A stretch of DNA of 64,000 nt from Vicugna vicugna (taxonomy: Eukaryota), in NCBI GenBank assembly GCA_013265495.1, contig MU058065.1:1077527-1141526 (forward strand). The letters run 5' to 3'. Made by a program: the position numbers and the translations under genes. The notes below the pieces were generated by a model that worked only from the letters and a program-made list of their open reading frames with translations, had not been told where the DNA came from and ran no database searches. Positions 1-15,499 of this stretch are shown piece after piece; the first letter of the stretch is position 1; each line of letters begins with the position of its first letter.

Positions 1-2776
1 AAATGATGGGACAATGATAGCCACTACTGTATGAGACCTCCCCTGTTCGGGTCACCGTGCCAGACACAACATGTGCTAGCACACAGTAGGCACACAACAA
101 TGATCACTATAATGACCTGAATCATAAAGATGGCTACGTGATGTTAGTTAGTATACCCATCCTTTTTCCTGAAAGTGGGATACTATATACATGCAGAAAT
201 GTGTTTTGAGATATTTCCTTCCCAAATCATTATTTTTTCATATAAAATTATGCTTTAATTAAATTAGTAAGAGTTAAGTCGGATCAGATGTTTCACCAAC
301 AATGGCGAATGTTTTAGACATTGCTGAACCTTAAGCTACTGAAAAAATGAGAAAGCTATATGTATGGGGGGCAGGGGCCCTGGGGTACTTATTTGGTTTT
401 ATTTTGTTTGTTTGCATGGTTGTTTTGGGTTGTTGTCTGTGTGTTTGGTTTTAGGTTTTGGTTTTGGTTTTAAGAAAGGGAACAGGAAGACAAAGGTTGC
501 ATCTGATCCCCAACTTTATGTCACCAGATCCATAGGACCCATTTATATCCACAGCTGTAAAAATTCAATAGAACATCTAAAAGTCTTAAGTGAAAGTATT
601 TTTATAGGCTGAAAGATAAGATCACAATTAACAGTAGAAAATTGTGTATCTCCATTAATGGGAAACGTCACTGATATAAAGAAGCTCTTTGGTGATGCCA
701 ACCAATTTTTTTTTTTTTTTTTAAGAAAAGTACCAGATGCGCGGGCTTACATCTTTTTTTCCTTGGCTCCTCCTTTGACCCCACTGTGTCTTGATCTGTG
801 GTTCTCTGTGTACCTTTGTATGTGCTCCATGTGTGGGTACCTATATGGGTTTACATGTCCATTCAACCCTGTGTGCATTTATTTTGGTATTTTTCTTGGT
901 ACCTTAGTTTCTTAGTTTCTTCTCTTTGCTGTCTCATGCTTCTATTTTTTTCTTTAAATTTTCTATTTACATTTTCCTACTTTTAACTTTTCAATCACAT
1001 GCTCTCCCTCAAGGATATTATAAAGTTTAATTATATTCTTCATTATGCCTTGTACATTTTCATAGGAGCATATGTTCATGCATTTCTCTTAAATGTAGGC
1101 TAACCTTGCTTTTTAAAATATTTTTTATTTGAGGGGATTAAAGGGTTTTCCCTTTTTCTCATTTGATTCTGGCCAACAATTTCTATGATTTATGAGTCCC
1201 GATTTATTAAAATGAAATGGCCCATTCATGACCTAGGTGTTCTAAAGATTCCAATCAAAGGATGTATAAAATAAGAACTTGTGAAATGACGATAAAACTA
1301 TTAGGCAGAAAATTACCACTTGAGTCTTCAAATGCACCACAAATGTATTTGTACTTCACCTACTTCTCATAATAGACAGAGACATTTACAGCAATAAAAT
1401 ACGTGTGAACCACTTACGTGCCTTATGTCTTCTGTGTCTCTGCATGAGTTTAAAAAATATTAACAATAACCAATTCAAATAAAATTATTATGGTTAATGA
1501 CCTCATATACACTTAAACCATGTTACAATGTCCCATCATCTAGGAAAAAAAATGCTTCCTGGAACAATGACTGTGAAGGCCATATTTAGAAAATTGTGAA
1601 GGGAAATGAAATTGATTCCTAGTCTACCACTATTGTCTACGTTCATCTCTTTCCTATTTCCCAGTCTCCGTCAATAATTATAAGTCTTTAAGATATGACA
1701 TTATTAAATTAGATGTATCTTTTATAGATTTCAACACAATAGTTGAAGGCATAAGTTGTATTTGACATGGATTTTTAAATAAAAGCAGAAAGATTATACT
1801 CGCCTTGAACTGAATACCGGAAAATTACCAAAATTGGCATTTCCAGTAAAGCTAAAGCGGTATGGAACATAGAAACACCAGCCTTACTTTTATTTCTGAA
1901 ATGTAAAAAAATGCCACGTGTGATGCAGGGGTGATGAATGTTCTACTATTTCATATCACTTATTCTGTCCATTTGTTATCAGCAGGTGTCTACAAATCCT
2001 GTCAAGAGTGAAGGTGACAGCTGTGTCACTGAGTGTGCTGCAGCAGTAATTGAAGGTTAACTCTCAATTGTCAACAATTTTGGATCTACTTTTTGGATTA
2101 CAGAAAGAGTCTCAGAGCCCCTATGATTTTGTTAACATCAGATAGTGTTTTTCTATTTTCTCCCAGAGTCAAAAGTAAATAGAACTGGGTTATTCATTGA
2201 TACTATGTGCATTTTTCCTCCCATCTATTTGTGCAAAGTAAAATATTGAAATTCATGTAACTCAGGGCATGACCTTTCTCTAAAGAGCTGATACATGGTT
2301 AACAGCATATGGAAAGGAATTTAATCCTCAGATCCCTAAAAGCTATAAAGAGCCTGGATCACTTCTCCATGTATAAGCTTGGTTTTAGAAGCACGCAAAG
2401 CTCATTTTGGAGTCGAATGGAGAAGTCTGTGACATGTAGCACATAGACTGATTCTAACAGATGGATTTTTCTTGAAATAACTTCATTAGTTAATCACTTT
2501 TTTTTACATATACTTTTTCTAGCTAATTGGTATAGCTTCCAGCTGGAGCTTTTAAGAATCCTCCAAAGCAACTGATAGGTAGAGAAAATACTGGCTAATT
2601 CCATCAATTCTAGGATGGAATGTCTACTAATTCCATACTATCCATTACGTATTTGGAGAGCAAATTCTTTTCCTTTAATTTTTTTCTTCAATTTACTCCA
2701 AAAACCTTGCTTGATCTGTGTTTCAACTAAACCAATCATCTGGAAGAAATTTAAAATTTTAACAAATTATCTAGAT

Positions 2777-3021
2777 CAGAGTTTCCCAAACTTGACACTA
2801 CTGACATTGTGGGTAAGATAAACCTTTTTTTTTCTTAATTTCTTTTCATTAAAAAAAAAAATTTGTAGCAGGTTGTCCTGTGCATTGTAGACTGTCAACA
2901 CAGCATCCCTGGTCTCCATCCACTTGATGCCAGTAACATTGGCAGTTGTGACAACCAAAAATGTCTCCAGATACGGCTAAATGTCCCTGGGGGCAAAATC
3001 AACCCAGCTGAGAACCATCCA
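2777..3021 (-). mobile_element. MER20-like hAT-Charlie DNA transposon
   Basis: Minus strand reads ggttctcagctgggttgattttgcccccagggacattt...tctggagacatttttggttgtcacaac; TCTAGA target-site motif on both sides (~2770, ~3023). Confidence 0.85.
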
Positions 3022-4149
3022 CTCTAGAAATAAGTCGTTCCTAATTTTAATTCATTTTTAAAAATAATTTAATGTACGCATGTATGTATTAATTCCAGAT
3101 ACGTCTAAAATATGAGAAATTTTTCCCTTTCAGTCAGGTACATAAAATTTTCTTAAGAGGGGATTACTTAGGTAGTTAATGCTTTCAGAAATCTCTCTAG
3201 TTAAAGGGGAAAAAGAGGAGATAAGTGGTTTATAACCACCATTGAATATTAATTATCTAAGGGGTGTCATCATCATCTTCATCAGACTTGCTGAAGGCTT
3301 CTTTTCCTTTAAGGAAGATCCTCAGTGTAACTGTATGAGTAGATAAATAAAATCCTATGGTGGGATCGTTTGAGATGTGAGTGATTCATTTCAGCTAAAC
3401 TGCCCTAAGGCATTTTTAAATAAGGGAAAGCAGTGCAATTTAATGAAATGAACATGGGGAAAACTGGGATCTGTTTTGACTTTACAATGTCATTATGCAG
3501 TTATGTGGGACTCACAAAAGGATTAGCCATGCAGATAGAGACATTCCTCGATCTTTGAAATTCAGTGGTGACTATAAAGTTCACCACCTATTTATCACTT
3601 AGGATCTTCCTGTAATTTACATATTGATGGATCTAGCAAGAGTACCAAAGGAATAAGATGCTAATTACCAAGAGTTTTAAAAGAGAAACAGTGAGCCTTC
3701 TCTAGCTTAGCAGGAAGGTGAGAATGTAACAACGTGAGATATGCGGAGAGAATCATTCCTTGTTTTTTTAAAAAAGTAACAGCTATTAGAATGGCTTTCT
3801 TTCCATCAAAGGTTTTCTAATACAGATTTGCTCATGCAGACTTTTAATATCAGATAAGCATAATTTTAACATGTACCAATTCCATGTTTGAATGTATAAT
3901 TTTACCTCAAATCGAAATATGTACCTAAAATTTTTATAGTGATCTGTTTTCTTTGTTAGACTTTCCAGAGTCATTTAAGAATTTAGATCTTCTGCTTTGT
4001 TTTAAAAAACGATTCCTCTCTTTAATTGGGTGTGTTATGTTGTGCAGACTGTCACTTTCAGTTCTTTCCGCAATGTACGATTTCCTTTAGCTATAGCAAA
4101 AGTACAATCACGCATCTTGAGATTTCAACCAAAAGGACTAAGGCTCCCA

Positions 4150-5280
<1,131 letters not shown>

Positions 5281-7791
5281 CTACATTTCTAGCAGGAGGC
5301 ATAGACTAAAACTCCAAGCAAAGTCAAACATCTCTGTATTCAGAAAAACATTGTGTGAGACCAGGAGTAATATTTATCTTCAAATATTAATAAGCCAACA
5401 CTGATAAATGCATTAAGACCAGAACAACTCACCCCTGCGTTAGAAGTTCTAAGTAGAAACTTTCAGATGAAACAAATTGGATAAAAACAATGACACATTT
5501 AAAAAACAAACAAACAAGAAAACCTTCAAGAATTAAGCGACACAGAAACTTAAGGAAAAAAAAAAACAAACTAGAGTTTCTGTTAGCACAAATGGTTACA
5601 AAAATGCCATGGGGATTGAGCCCTTTCAATGATGTGGCTATCACAAGTGATCACATCTTGCTTTCATTTAGGATAAAAATGTTCCAGTCGGCTAGACTTA
5701 ATCTCGTCTTGGTTCAGATGGGTCTGATACTTCGGGGGAAACTGATGTGGACATCTTATGAGGCTAGACAAGTTAATCTCCAGATCTCCAGGTATTGTTG
5801 ATGGTGGAGTATTTGTCTGTTTTTGTTCATAAGATCTCTCATGATAACCCAAATGCTGTCTGGGAAGGATTTATTAAATGTGTTGCTCTAACACATTAGA
5901 ACCCCCTGGAGAGTTTTATAAGAGAATAATCCAGAGAATGCTGTGTAAGCTTCAAGAATAACTTCTGGAAACTCATAACAGGTACAGGTATAAACGCTTG
6001 TAATGGAACATAAACTTCTGACACCATACAGTAGGGTGGAGCAGGCTGGCAATGTGTCTGTGACTGAAACCAATTGTTTAGCATGCAGGGAAGGTACTGG
6101 AATCTTATTATTATCACGTTATCTCATTGTGTTGATAGATTGTTACAATGACTATCATTTTTATGCAGTGTGGCAGAATGTCATTGCTTGTGGCAAACGG
6201 TAGCATATAATGTAAGTTGACGGTATAGCTTATAGGTGCAAAGCTATAAGAAAATACCCAGCTTCTCTATCATTTGCAGCTTTAAAGGGAAGGAAGATCT
6301 CAAGGCACAAGTCAGGAAACACTCAAAATGAGCTTTTTTTTTTTTTTCAACTAATACAACATGACATAAGAGCTTTTCTAAAACTTACTCTAGGAGAAGC
6401 CAGTGCTTTAAGATTAGTTAGAGTCTGCCCTACACAGCAATCATGCCTTCAAAGAAAGGGAACACATCAAATATTTTAACAATGGCTGTATCTCTCACTT
6501 TTCTAGGTCAATCCTGCTTTCACATATTTGGCTCTGTTCTGCCCATGACGATGACTTCACTCACTACGATCAAACAGCTTTTTGAAGGGAAGTTTCTTAA
6601 TGTATGTGGACTTTTTCTTTAACTTCTAATAGGAAAAACTGGATGTCATTTTCTAAGGGGGCGGGACAGCAGTACAGCCTGTTAGTATCAAAAGGGAAAA
6701 GCTGAGGGACATAATGGGGTGAAAACTACCCAGATAATTCTTTAGGCAGTAGCTCCTCTCTGTATCTCCTACTGTTCCTACATTTTACTGGTTTTGAAAT
6801 CTACCAGGCATGTTAATTTTCATAGGATTTAAATCAGTCATCTGGTTATGTACAAAAATCTGTACCCAAATAAAAACCACAAATGAATGAATAAGATTGG
6901 GAACTAGAGGGACTGTGAAAGAGCCAGGACTTAGGAGAACAAAAGTCCACCCAGATTGCTCTTCTGAACCTCTTTTCCCCATCCCCCACCTCGGCATGTC
7001 ACCTAGGCTCAGTAACTCACCCTCTCGGAATATCTGCCCCTGGTTTTTGAGTTCTGGGAATTGAACGGAGTGGGAAGTAGCAAGGTGTTCTGTAAATGGA
7101 GGATTAACCGAAAGCTAGGAATTGACGGGTGTGCATGAGATGCATAGCTTCCTTATATGGGAATAATCATGCTTAGAAAGAGATTTTCATTTTTCTGCCT
7201 CCTAAATTATAATTCATGGCTTCTTCACTAAAGTCTAATACTGCACCACAGACTTGGGTGGTTTTACGGGGAGAAATAACAGCACAGACAGGACACAAGC
7301 GTCGACGGGGCCCAAGCCTAGTTCACAGCCCTGCACTGAGGGAAGATCAGGGCCCAGGATTCCCAGAAAGTGCGAGGTCAGTGGTAGAGCTGGGAGAGAC
7401 CAGCTGCCTCAGCAAACCCCTGGAGCCAACATCCCACTTCCTACCTAGATTAGAAGGTGGCTTCTGGAATGAGCAAGACCAATGCTTGGGTTGCACTCAA
7501 AATAGGGGCAAATGACACTTTGTTTGTCCAAAGAAACAGGAAAAAAAATGAAATAAAATAAAGATCCGTCATATGCATGAAGTGATGGAAGAAAGCAAAA
7601 GGTTCTAGTCTAGAACACAACATAGTTAGAATTAAGACAGAACAACTATTCGTTGTGAAGGAACTCAGACAATCCATTTGTCCCATGAGGACAGCTTCAA
7701 TGCCAATCCTAGTGGAGATACTGTCTGATGAGAGGAATTAAATATAATATGTGACTCTTTCGGCGATTCTGAGGTAAGCATAATTGGCAGT

Positions 7792-8175
7792 TGCTATGGA
7801 CTGACCTGTGCCCCTCCTTAACTTCATATGTTGAAACCTTAACCCCCAACGTGATGGTATTTGGAGGTGGAGCTTTGAGGAGATAATTAGGTCATAAGGT
7901 AATGAGGTCATGAGGATAGGGACATCGTGATGGAGGAGATTAGTGCCCTTACAAGAAGAGCCACCAGAGAGCATCCTGGTTATCTCATTCACCGTGTGAA
8001 GACAGAGAGAAGGTTGCCACCTGCCAGCCAGGAAGAGAATTCTCACCAGAAACTGACTACACTGCCATCTTGATTTCGGACTTCTGGCCTCAAGAACTAT
8101 GAGAAAATAAATATCCGGTGTTTAAGCCACCCAGTCTATGGAATTTTGTTATGGCAACTTGAGATGACTCAAACA
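7792..8175 (+). mobile_element. MaLR solo LTR (MLT1A/B-like)
   Basis: tgctatggactga...tatgttgaaaccttaacccccaacgtgatggtatttggaggtgg...gtttaagccacccagtctatgg...aaaca; imperfect 5-bp TSD gcagt/acagt. Confidence 0.85.
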
Positions 8176-10549
8176 ACAGTCTATTTATTGATCCCTATGT
8201 AAAGACCCTATATAGCTGAGTCCTCTGGCATTGCAATACATTAATTAGCTTGGTTACTTTAAGAATTACTACAACTCTTTTCCAGTCTTTTAAAAGTAAT
8301 TTGCACCTGCCCCTGCCTGGTACCTCCTCACCCCCTGAAGCCACATCATAGAGGGCACATTACAGCTGAATACAAGGATGCTGATCCCAGGGATCCACCC
8401 AGGAGCACCCTTCCTCCACACCACCTCTTATTCTGGTTCTCCTTGATCTGACCCTCCAATCTGTGATATGTGCCGAGGCACATGCCATGCTACCTACCTA
8501 GACCCATTATCTGGGTAGCTTTTGTTTTCTATTGTCGTTTGCTTGGGCATGTAAACTCCCTGCTCCACGAGGTTGTGCATGTCCTACTGCCCGCCACTGG
8601 AGGCGGTTCTCCAGCCAGCACTGCCCAGGGATTCCTTCATTACCTGGGCAAGCTTCTTCCCTCTCCCCTTCCCTGGGTGATGAAAAGAACCTAATGCAGG
8701 CAGAGTCATGTGATTCCGACACATTTTGTTTCCTGCTCCTCTTCTTTTGTATTAATCTACATTTGAAATGAGAGCATTGAGGATTATTTACAGAGTAAAG
8801 TGTTAAGTAAATTACACGCAATTGGGATGGATAAACAGATTCATCCCGTCAATACTGGGCGGCTTTTATTCCAGGCAATGTCTGCTTCTCGTTCTGTTGC
8901 CCCCTTGCAATCTCATGGCTGTCATTAGAAAGTCAGAGGAGGGAGCAATTCCATCTCTAAAGAACCGATTTTTCTCTGCATTTACCATTTATCATCTGAT
9001 TTCACCTTATTCCACATATTGAGTGAATAATTCATGGAGCAATGAAATTTAGTTTCAACTGTCATATATGCTTTGTTTGGTTGTTTGTTTACCCCAATAA
9101 GAAAAATGTCTGAAATTTTTAGCAACATTGTCTCATCATTTAGTCTACTTTAACATCACTCTAGGAAATTAAAAATTAAGGAAAAATTCATGTTTTGAAA
9201 GTTATTTCTTTAGAAGGTGCTTTAAAATAGCCTTGGTCGACATACATAGATGCTGAAATACTGCTAATAAAAGATAATAAAAATTGCATTGCAAATTTCA
9301 ACATTTAACCAAATTCAACTACAATAAAAAGGTGACTTTTATGGCTCTTGAATGAATTTTAAATTATTTCTAATAAGTCCAAAGATAGAAGCAATAATTC
9401 CTGCTCAGCTCCAGAACACAAATTTTAATGCTTAAAATAGTATAATGACAGTGGCATTGAATAAGCAGAGTGACATTTTTGAAATGAAGTATCTGAGCAC
9501 AAAGGTTATGCATGGCTTTCAGTCATGCCCAGATGATCTGTCTTTCACAGTTAATTTTGGAAATTTACCATGTTCCTTGTCAAGCCATCCTTCTGAAATA
9601 TTTTTTTTTTCCTTGTTAAAAAAAAAACGTGATGTAAAACCAGGCTTCAGTATCTGTGCACGTTCCTGACCCAAGAAGTGAAAAAAGAGACAACACAGGT
9701 CAGTATCTCTCCTGATGGAAAGTCTCTTTGGCCCACAGAATCCCAGAATTTGAAAGGCTCTTAGAGATTATCCAACCCAAACTCTAATATTACTGATGAA
9801 GAAATATAAATTCTTTATCAGTTACTTTAAGAAAATCTCATCATGTCAATTCAATCGTATAAAAAATTTTAAAGCAAAGGAAAAAAATAAGAGGGAAAGG
9901 CTCTGTAATTCATTATTTTGTATATGGCATAAAGTATCATTTTAAAAGTCTTCTCGGCTCATGCTATGATGGTAGGAGCATAACTTTGTATCTCTGATTA
10001 TAGAGGTATATTTAAATAGGTGATGCAAACTGGGCAACGAGAGTCCAGTGAACAGAAGTAATGGCCACACTACATGATACTGAACTGGCTGATTCTGGAA
10101 GGTGAGAAACATATTTCCCACTTTCAGCAGAATTCTGCTCATAGTAACTCTCTTTTCACAACTCACAATTCCAGGGGTTTGAGGACTATTTTTATTTTCA
10201 GAGTCACAAGTCCCATAATACTATCCACAAAATTGTTCCTTTCTCATTTTATTTTTTTTTAATTAAGGTCTTTGTAAAGGGATGGAAGTTGCAGATACCC
10301 TTGGTCCATTTACAGTAGGACCAGGAAGGTGTGGTAACGTGCAAAAAGGATCAGATTTGGAATTGCAGTGCATGTGTTGTAATACTGTCCTGCAACTGTC
10401 AACAGTGAAAACAGAGAACTCAGATCAGAGTGTGGATGGAAACAAATAAGGTAAGACATCCAGCTGTGTCCACAGGTTGGTCTTAAAGTTGAGTGGAACT
10501 GAGTCTTGCCTTGAGCTAGATATAGGCTATTTCTTATGAGCAAGAAAAG

Positions 10550-10990
10550 ATGACTCAGGGGGCAGATTTCAAAGCTCAGAGACTAAGAGCCACAGAGAAT
10601 GAGAACTAGGGAGCAGAACTGGGCCCTAATGAATAAATATTATCTGTCCCAGAATAGGGAGAACTGGCCACATGTATGCAACTGGACTTGCGAATGGCAA
10701 TGAAACAGTGATGTTTATGTGCCTCCCCTCCCTCCAGCCCCCACTGTTTTGAACTGCACACTGCAGTTCTTCTGCTCCAGACCTGTCAGTCTGTGTCACA
10801 TTTGGTAGGGCAGATGAGTTGTACTTTTTAGTTCAAAGACCTTTGATTATGAGGAATTGCTCCCAAGGAACTTGAGAGCACGTGGGCATGATTTAGATGA
10901 TGGAATCCTGGATTTCAAGCTGACAGTGTAAGGCAATGAAACTTTTGGGCAGTATGTGCCTGTTGGAAATATTGCAACTAGAAGGCAAGT
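10550..10990 (+). mobile_element. MaLR internal (MLT1-int) 3' remnant
   Basis: gatttagatgatggaatcctggatttcaagctga...actagaaggcaagt directly abuts the following LTR; resembles MLT1-int ends from memory. Confidence 0.5.
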
Positions 10991-11492
10991 TGTGATAGAC
11001 AGTCTTGGAAGACAGCCACCATTAATTCCTTCTCACCATGTATCCTATCCACCTATCAATGCTAGTCTATGTCTCTCTCCTCAAATCAGGGCAGGCTCTG
11101 TGACTTACGGTGACCAACAGAATGTGATATTCTGAGTCTTGGACTTAAGAGAAATGACAGCTTTCACTTCTTCCATCTCAAAAGCCAATTGCCATGTAAA
11201 ACCTCTTAGATCAGCACGCTATGAAGAAACTCAGCCTAATTAAATGAAGAGAGCATGTGGAGGAGAAAGACATCCCAGGCATATGAGTGAAGCCTTGTCG
11301 GAATTTCCAACCCATCCCCACGGCCAGCTGCACCCAGTTAAATGAGAGACCCACCCCCCCAACATCACAGAGAGTAGAGGAACCACCTATATAAGCCAAC
11401 TCAACTCACAGAATAATAAGAAGTAATAAACTGTTGCTGGTTTAAACCATAACATTTTGGGCTGGTTTATTGCACATCAATAGAGAACTGAA
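10991..11492 (+). mobile_element. Old MaLR LTR (MLT1G/H-like)
   Basis: tgtgatagac start; typical end aataaactgttgctggtttaaaccataacattttggggctggtttattgcacatcaatagagaactga. Confidence 0.7.
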
Positions 11493-12010
11493 AAAAAAAT
11501 TCCAAAATTAATTTCCTGTGTGTGTGGATATCTCATAGAAAATGCTATTGTTATTTTCATAGAACTAAGATACAGTGTGTACCCTAAGGAAACATAAAGC
11601 ATCCTTCCAGAATAGAGGAATTAAAGAAGTAAGATTGACTTCTGAGTACTAGAAAATCGACACATGATGATTCAGAGAAATGATACAGAAAGAGATTACA
11701 TCCTTTCTGGTCACAAACACTGGACTGAAATCAGAGTGGAGGTATTAACACATGTAAAGGAAGGACAGAAGGATGCTCACAGAGCAAAAAGGTGGTGCCC
11801 AGGGGACCTGGTCCTCTGTGACATCCCTGTTGTAAGGATGGACCCAACATGCTAATAGAACCTAAAGCCCCTACACATATGATTCTTATAAGTCCTTCCT
11901 TCTCTAGCTTCAGCTTCATCAAAAGACTTCTTTAATAAGGGCGATTTCCAAAACATTATGTGCATATTTCACATTAGAAACCAGCAAGGTGGAATTCTGG
12001 TTTCACTCAC

Positions 12011-12319
12011 TGCGATGGCCTGAATTTTTGTGTCCCCACGTGGTGGAATCTTAACACCCAATGTCATGGTATTAGGAGATTCATGAGTGTGGAGCCCTCA
12101 TGAATGGGATTAATGCTGTTATGAAGCAGACCCCTTAGAGCTCCCTAGCCCCTCTGCCATGTGAAAATGCTGGAGAGGTCAGCAGTCTGCAGCTTGGAAT
12201 CTGATCATCCTGGCACCCCGATCATGGACTTCCAGCCTCCTGAACAGGGAAAAAGAATTCCCGTTGTTTACGGATTACCCAGTCTCTTTTATTTAGTTAC
12301 AGCTGCCCGAAGAGAGACA
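12011..12319 (+). mobile_element. MaLR LTR (MLT1A0-like, internally deleted)
   Basis: tgcgatggcctgaatttttgtgtcccc...ggagccctcatgaatgggattaatgc...catggacttccagcctcc. Confidence 0.8.
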
Positions 12320-12805
12320 TGGAACCATATCTTTTGAGCTTGGCTACTATGACGTTTTGGTTATTCTAGACACTTAATGATGGATTTTCCGAGTTTCTAG
12401 ATTAAAGGCTGGTACTGTACCAGGCCAAATTCACCACAGTAACATCATTTCATGGGAATCTGTCCAGGAAGGAAGCAACCCTGTATTGATAATGTTTATC
12501 ACAAATCTCTAGTTTGATATCTTCATCTCAGGGCAGTATCTTGTTTCCCAGTCTCCTCCTGCACTTGTCGTGGGAAGCCCTTTACACAGAGCCCACTTGT
12601 AAAGAACAGAAGTGGTGGCTGGATTTTGGGCATTTCCTTGGCTACACGACTGCACCCTCTCAGATTCCACCTGCCGTTCCGTACCCTGCACAGATCTAGA
12701 AGGACTGGACAAAAGAACTGGAGGAAATATTTCCACCCAGGAGAGGGACTGCCTTGCAGGGATGACCTCAGTTGGGCAATATCCTAAAATGCGAGGTTCC
12801 ATAAG

Positions 12806-13262
12806 GGACAAGAACTCTCCTCTTGATAAAACAGCAGTCAGGCTTCTGAACTTTCCTCTGGACCTATCTATGCACTTCCTTGTAAAACCAGTTTTTGTAA
12901 TAACCCTGCCAAAGTCAGTTTTACCAAGCCCCCACCCTTAGTATCTGATCACTCCTGATCTCTGATTGGATTCTCCATCCTCCACCATCTTCCCAGTGAG
13001 TTCTGATCACCCTGGCCTGTCTGCAAGAATCATATTAAGTCAGTTTAGCCAGAAACACACCTCCCTTTACCCCTGATGTCTCCTCTGAGTAATTTTCCAT
13101 CCACCAACTCCCACCTTGCTTCCTGACTATAAATTTTCACTTTTCTATAGTGTATTCAGAATTCAGAGGAGTTCACACTGAGTTTTCTTTTCTCCTATTG
13201 CAATAGGCCTAAATAAAATCTGTTTTTGCTTCTTTATCATCCAGCTTTATTTTCTGTTTCAT
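12806..13262 (+). mobile_element. ERV1 LTR, MER31/MER67-like
   Basis: Duplicated aagtcagttt...cca blocks, ctgatcaccctggcctg, cccctgatgtctcctctgagtaattttccatccac; TATAAA at ~13128 and AATAAA at ~13212. Confidence 0.7.
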
Positions 13263-13279
13263 ATCCCTGAACTACACAT

Positions 13280-13565
13280 GGCTGGCTGGCTTCCTGACAC
13301 TGTGATCTCAGCATAAAAGTCACTTCTTCAGAGAAATCTTCCATGACCATCCAATCAGTACTTATCACATTGGATATTTCTCTTGTTTGTTTCTCAGTTG
13401 GTTTATTATGTAAGTTTCTAAGCACCTCTGTAGGCATTTTTCCCACTTGAGTACAATGTCCATGAGATCAGTTTCCCTGTTTGCCTCGGTCTTTGCTAAA
13501 CCTGTGTAAAGTAACTAGAACATCACAGGTTCTTGGCAAACATCTGCTCACTATTTAGTGAACAA
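13280..13565 (+). mobile_element. L2 3' fragment
   Basis: gtcacttcttcagagaaatcttccatgacc...ctagaaca...tatttagtgaa. Confidence 0.55.
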
Positions 13566-13865
13566 TAGACTTATGACATTCTTAGAGTCAGCATTCAGGA
13601 TCTAGTATGCTCCCTAAAGATCCTAAAGAGCCATGAATGGTCCTATAATGTGCCATTTCCTTAGGCATTATTTGAATGGAGAGGCATGTTGAGGCCTGTG
13701 AAGGCTAGTAACAGTGGTAAAGGAAATGAAGGTGTGGATGAGAGAGGAGTCAATGAGGAATATTCATTATTACCCACATGTAGAAGTTGAGGCAGGTTAA
13801 ATATTTTACCTGCTAAAAAGGAAAGACAGAAAAACTGACTAAGGAATTAAAATGGTCCTCTTTCA

Positions 13866-15290
13866 AAACGCTGGAGGCATAAACCTCCCAGATTTGACAC
13901 AACACTACAGAGCTACCATAATCAAAACAGCATGGAATTGGCACAAAAACCGACACATGGATCAGTGGAACAGAATAGAGAGTCCAGAAATAAATCCACA
14001 CACTTATAGTCAATTACTCTTCAACAAAGAAGGCAAGAACATACAATGGAGAAAAGACAGTCCCTTCAACAAGTGGTGTTGGGAAAGTTGGACAGCTGCA
14101 GGTAAATCAACGAAGTCATCAGAACACTTCCTCACTCTATACACAAAAATAAACTCAAAATGGCTTAAAGACTTAAATATAAGACAGGATACCATAAATC
14201 TCCTATATAAGCAAAACATTATCTGACATAAATTGTAGCAATGTTTTCTTAGGGAAATCTTCAAGGTAATAGAAATAAAAGCAAAAATAAACAAATGGGA
14301 CCTAATTAAACTTACAAGCTTTTGCACAGCAAAGGAAACCATAAACAAAACAAAAAGACAACCTATGGGCTGGGAAAAAATATTTGCAAATGATGCAAAC
14401 AACAAAGGCTTAATTTCCAAAATATACAAACATCTCATTTCAATTCAATAACAGCAACAACAAAAAACTCAAAAAAAAATATGAGCAGAGGATCTAAGCA
14501 GACATTTCTCCAAAGAAGACATACAGATGGCCAAGTACACGACCAGCACATGAAAAGATGCTCAGTATCACTAATTATTAAGTACAATAACATATCATCT
14601 CACACCAGACAGAATGGACATCTACAAAAAATAAATGCTGAAAATAGTATGGAGAAAAGGTAATCTTCCTATGCTGCTGGCAGGAATGTAGTTTGGTGCA
14701 GACACTATCTAAAACAGTATAGAGGTTTGTTTAAAAACTAAAAATAGAGTTACCACATGATTACCATAGCAGTCCCACTCCCAGGTATATATCAGGAGAA
14801 AACTCTAATTCAAAAAGATGTGTGCACCCCAATGTTCATAGCAGCACCATTTACAATAGCCAAGACACAGAAGCAACCTAAATGTCCATTGACAGATGAA
14901 TGGATAAAGAAGATGTGGTATATACACAAGAAAATACTATTAAGCCATAAAAAATAATGAAATAATGCTATTTGCAGCAATATGGGTGGACCTAGAGATT
15001 ATCATACTAAGTAAGTCAGACAGAGAAAAACAAAGATCATGTGATATCACTTAGATGTGGAATCTAAAATGTGATACAAATGAACTTATTTACAAAATAG
15101 AAACAGACTCACAGACAGAAAAATAAGTTATGGTTACCAAAGAGGAATGGTGGGGGAGGGATAAATTAGGAGTTTGGGATTGGCAGATACAAACTACTAC
15201 ATATAAAATAGATAAACAACAAGGTCCTACTGTATAGCACAGGGAACTATATTCAGTATCTTGTAATAAACTATAATGAAAAAGAAAAAG
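13866..15290 (+). mobile_element. 5'-truncated L1 (decayed ORF2 C-terminus plus partial 3'UTR), antisense to NYAP2
   Basis: [43 protein letters not shown]...WCWESW and CTPMFIAA...KCPLTDEWIKKMWYI are L1 ORF2p motifs. Exact 17-bp TSD aaaatggtcctctttca at 13849-13865 and 15291-15307; TT/AAAA endonuclease site. Confidence 0.95.
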
Positions 15291-15499
15291 AAAATGGTCC
15301 TCTTTCAGTTCTCTTGTACTAAGGAAAGATCAAAGGCAGAAATGAAGACATACAGGGCAGGCAAAACTCAAAAGTTAGATCCTGTGATGTATAAAACATT
15401 TAAGTTCTGATGGCTTTGTAAGCATTATCCTTGACCATGAAATTCAGAGGTATAACAATCATTTTCTGAAAAAATGAACTTCCCTTTTTGATACAAAAC

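Noticed and set aside
745..940. Possible cryptic minus-strand exon ending at GAT|gtaagc (750)
   Set aside because: No pyrimidine-rich acceptor, stops upstream, and the open frame ends in phase 2, incompatible with the phase-1 intron.
11664..11728. C/D box snoRNA-like ATGATGA...CTGA
   Set aside because: No terminal stem, antisense to the host gene, no recognisable guide.
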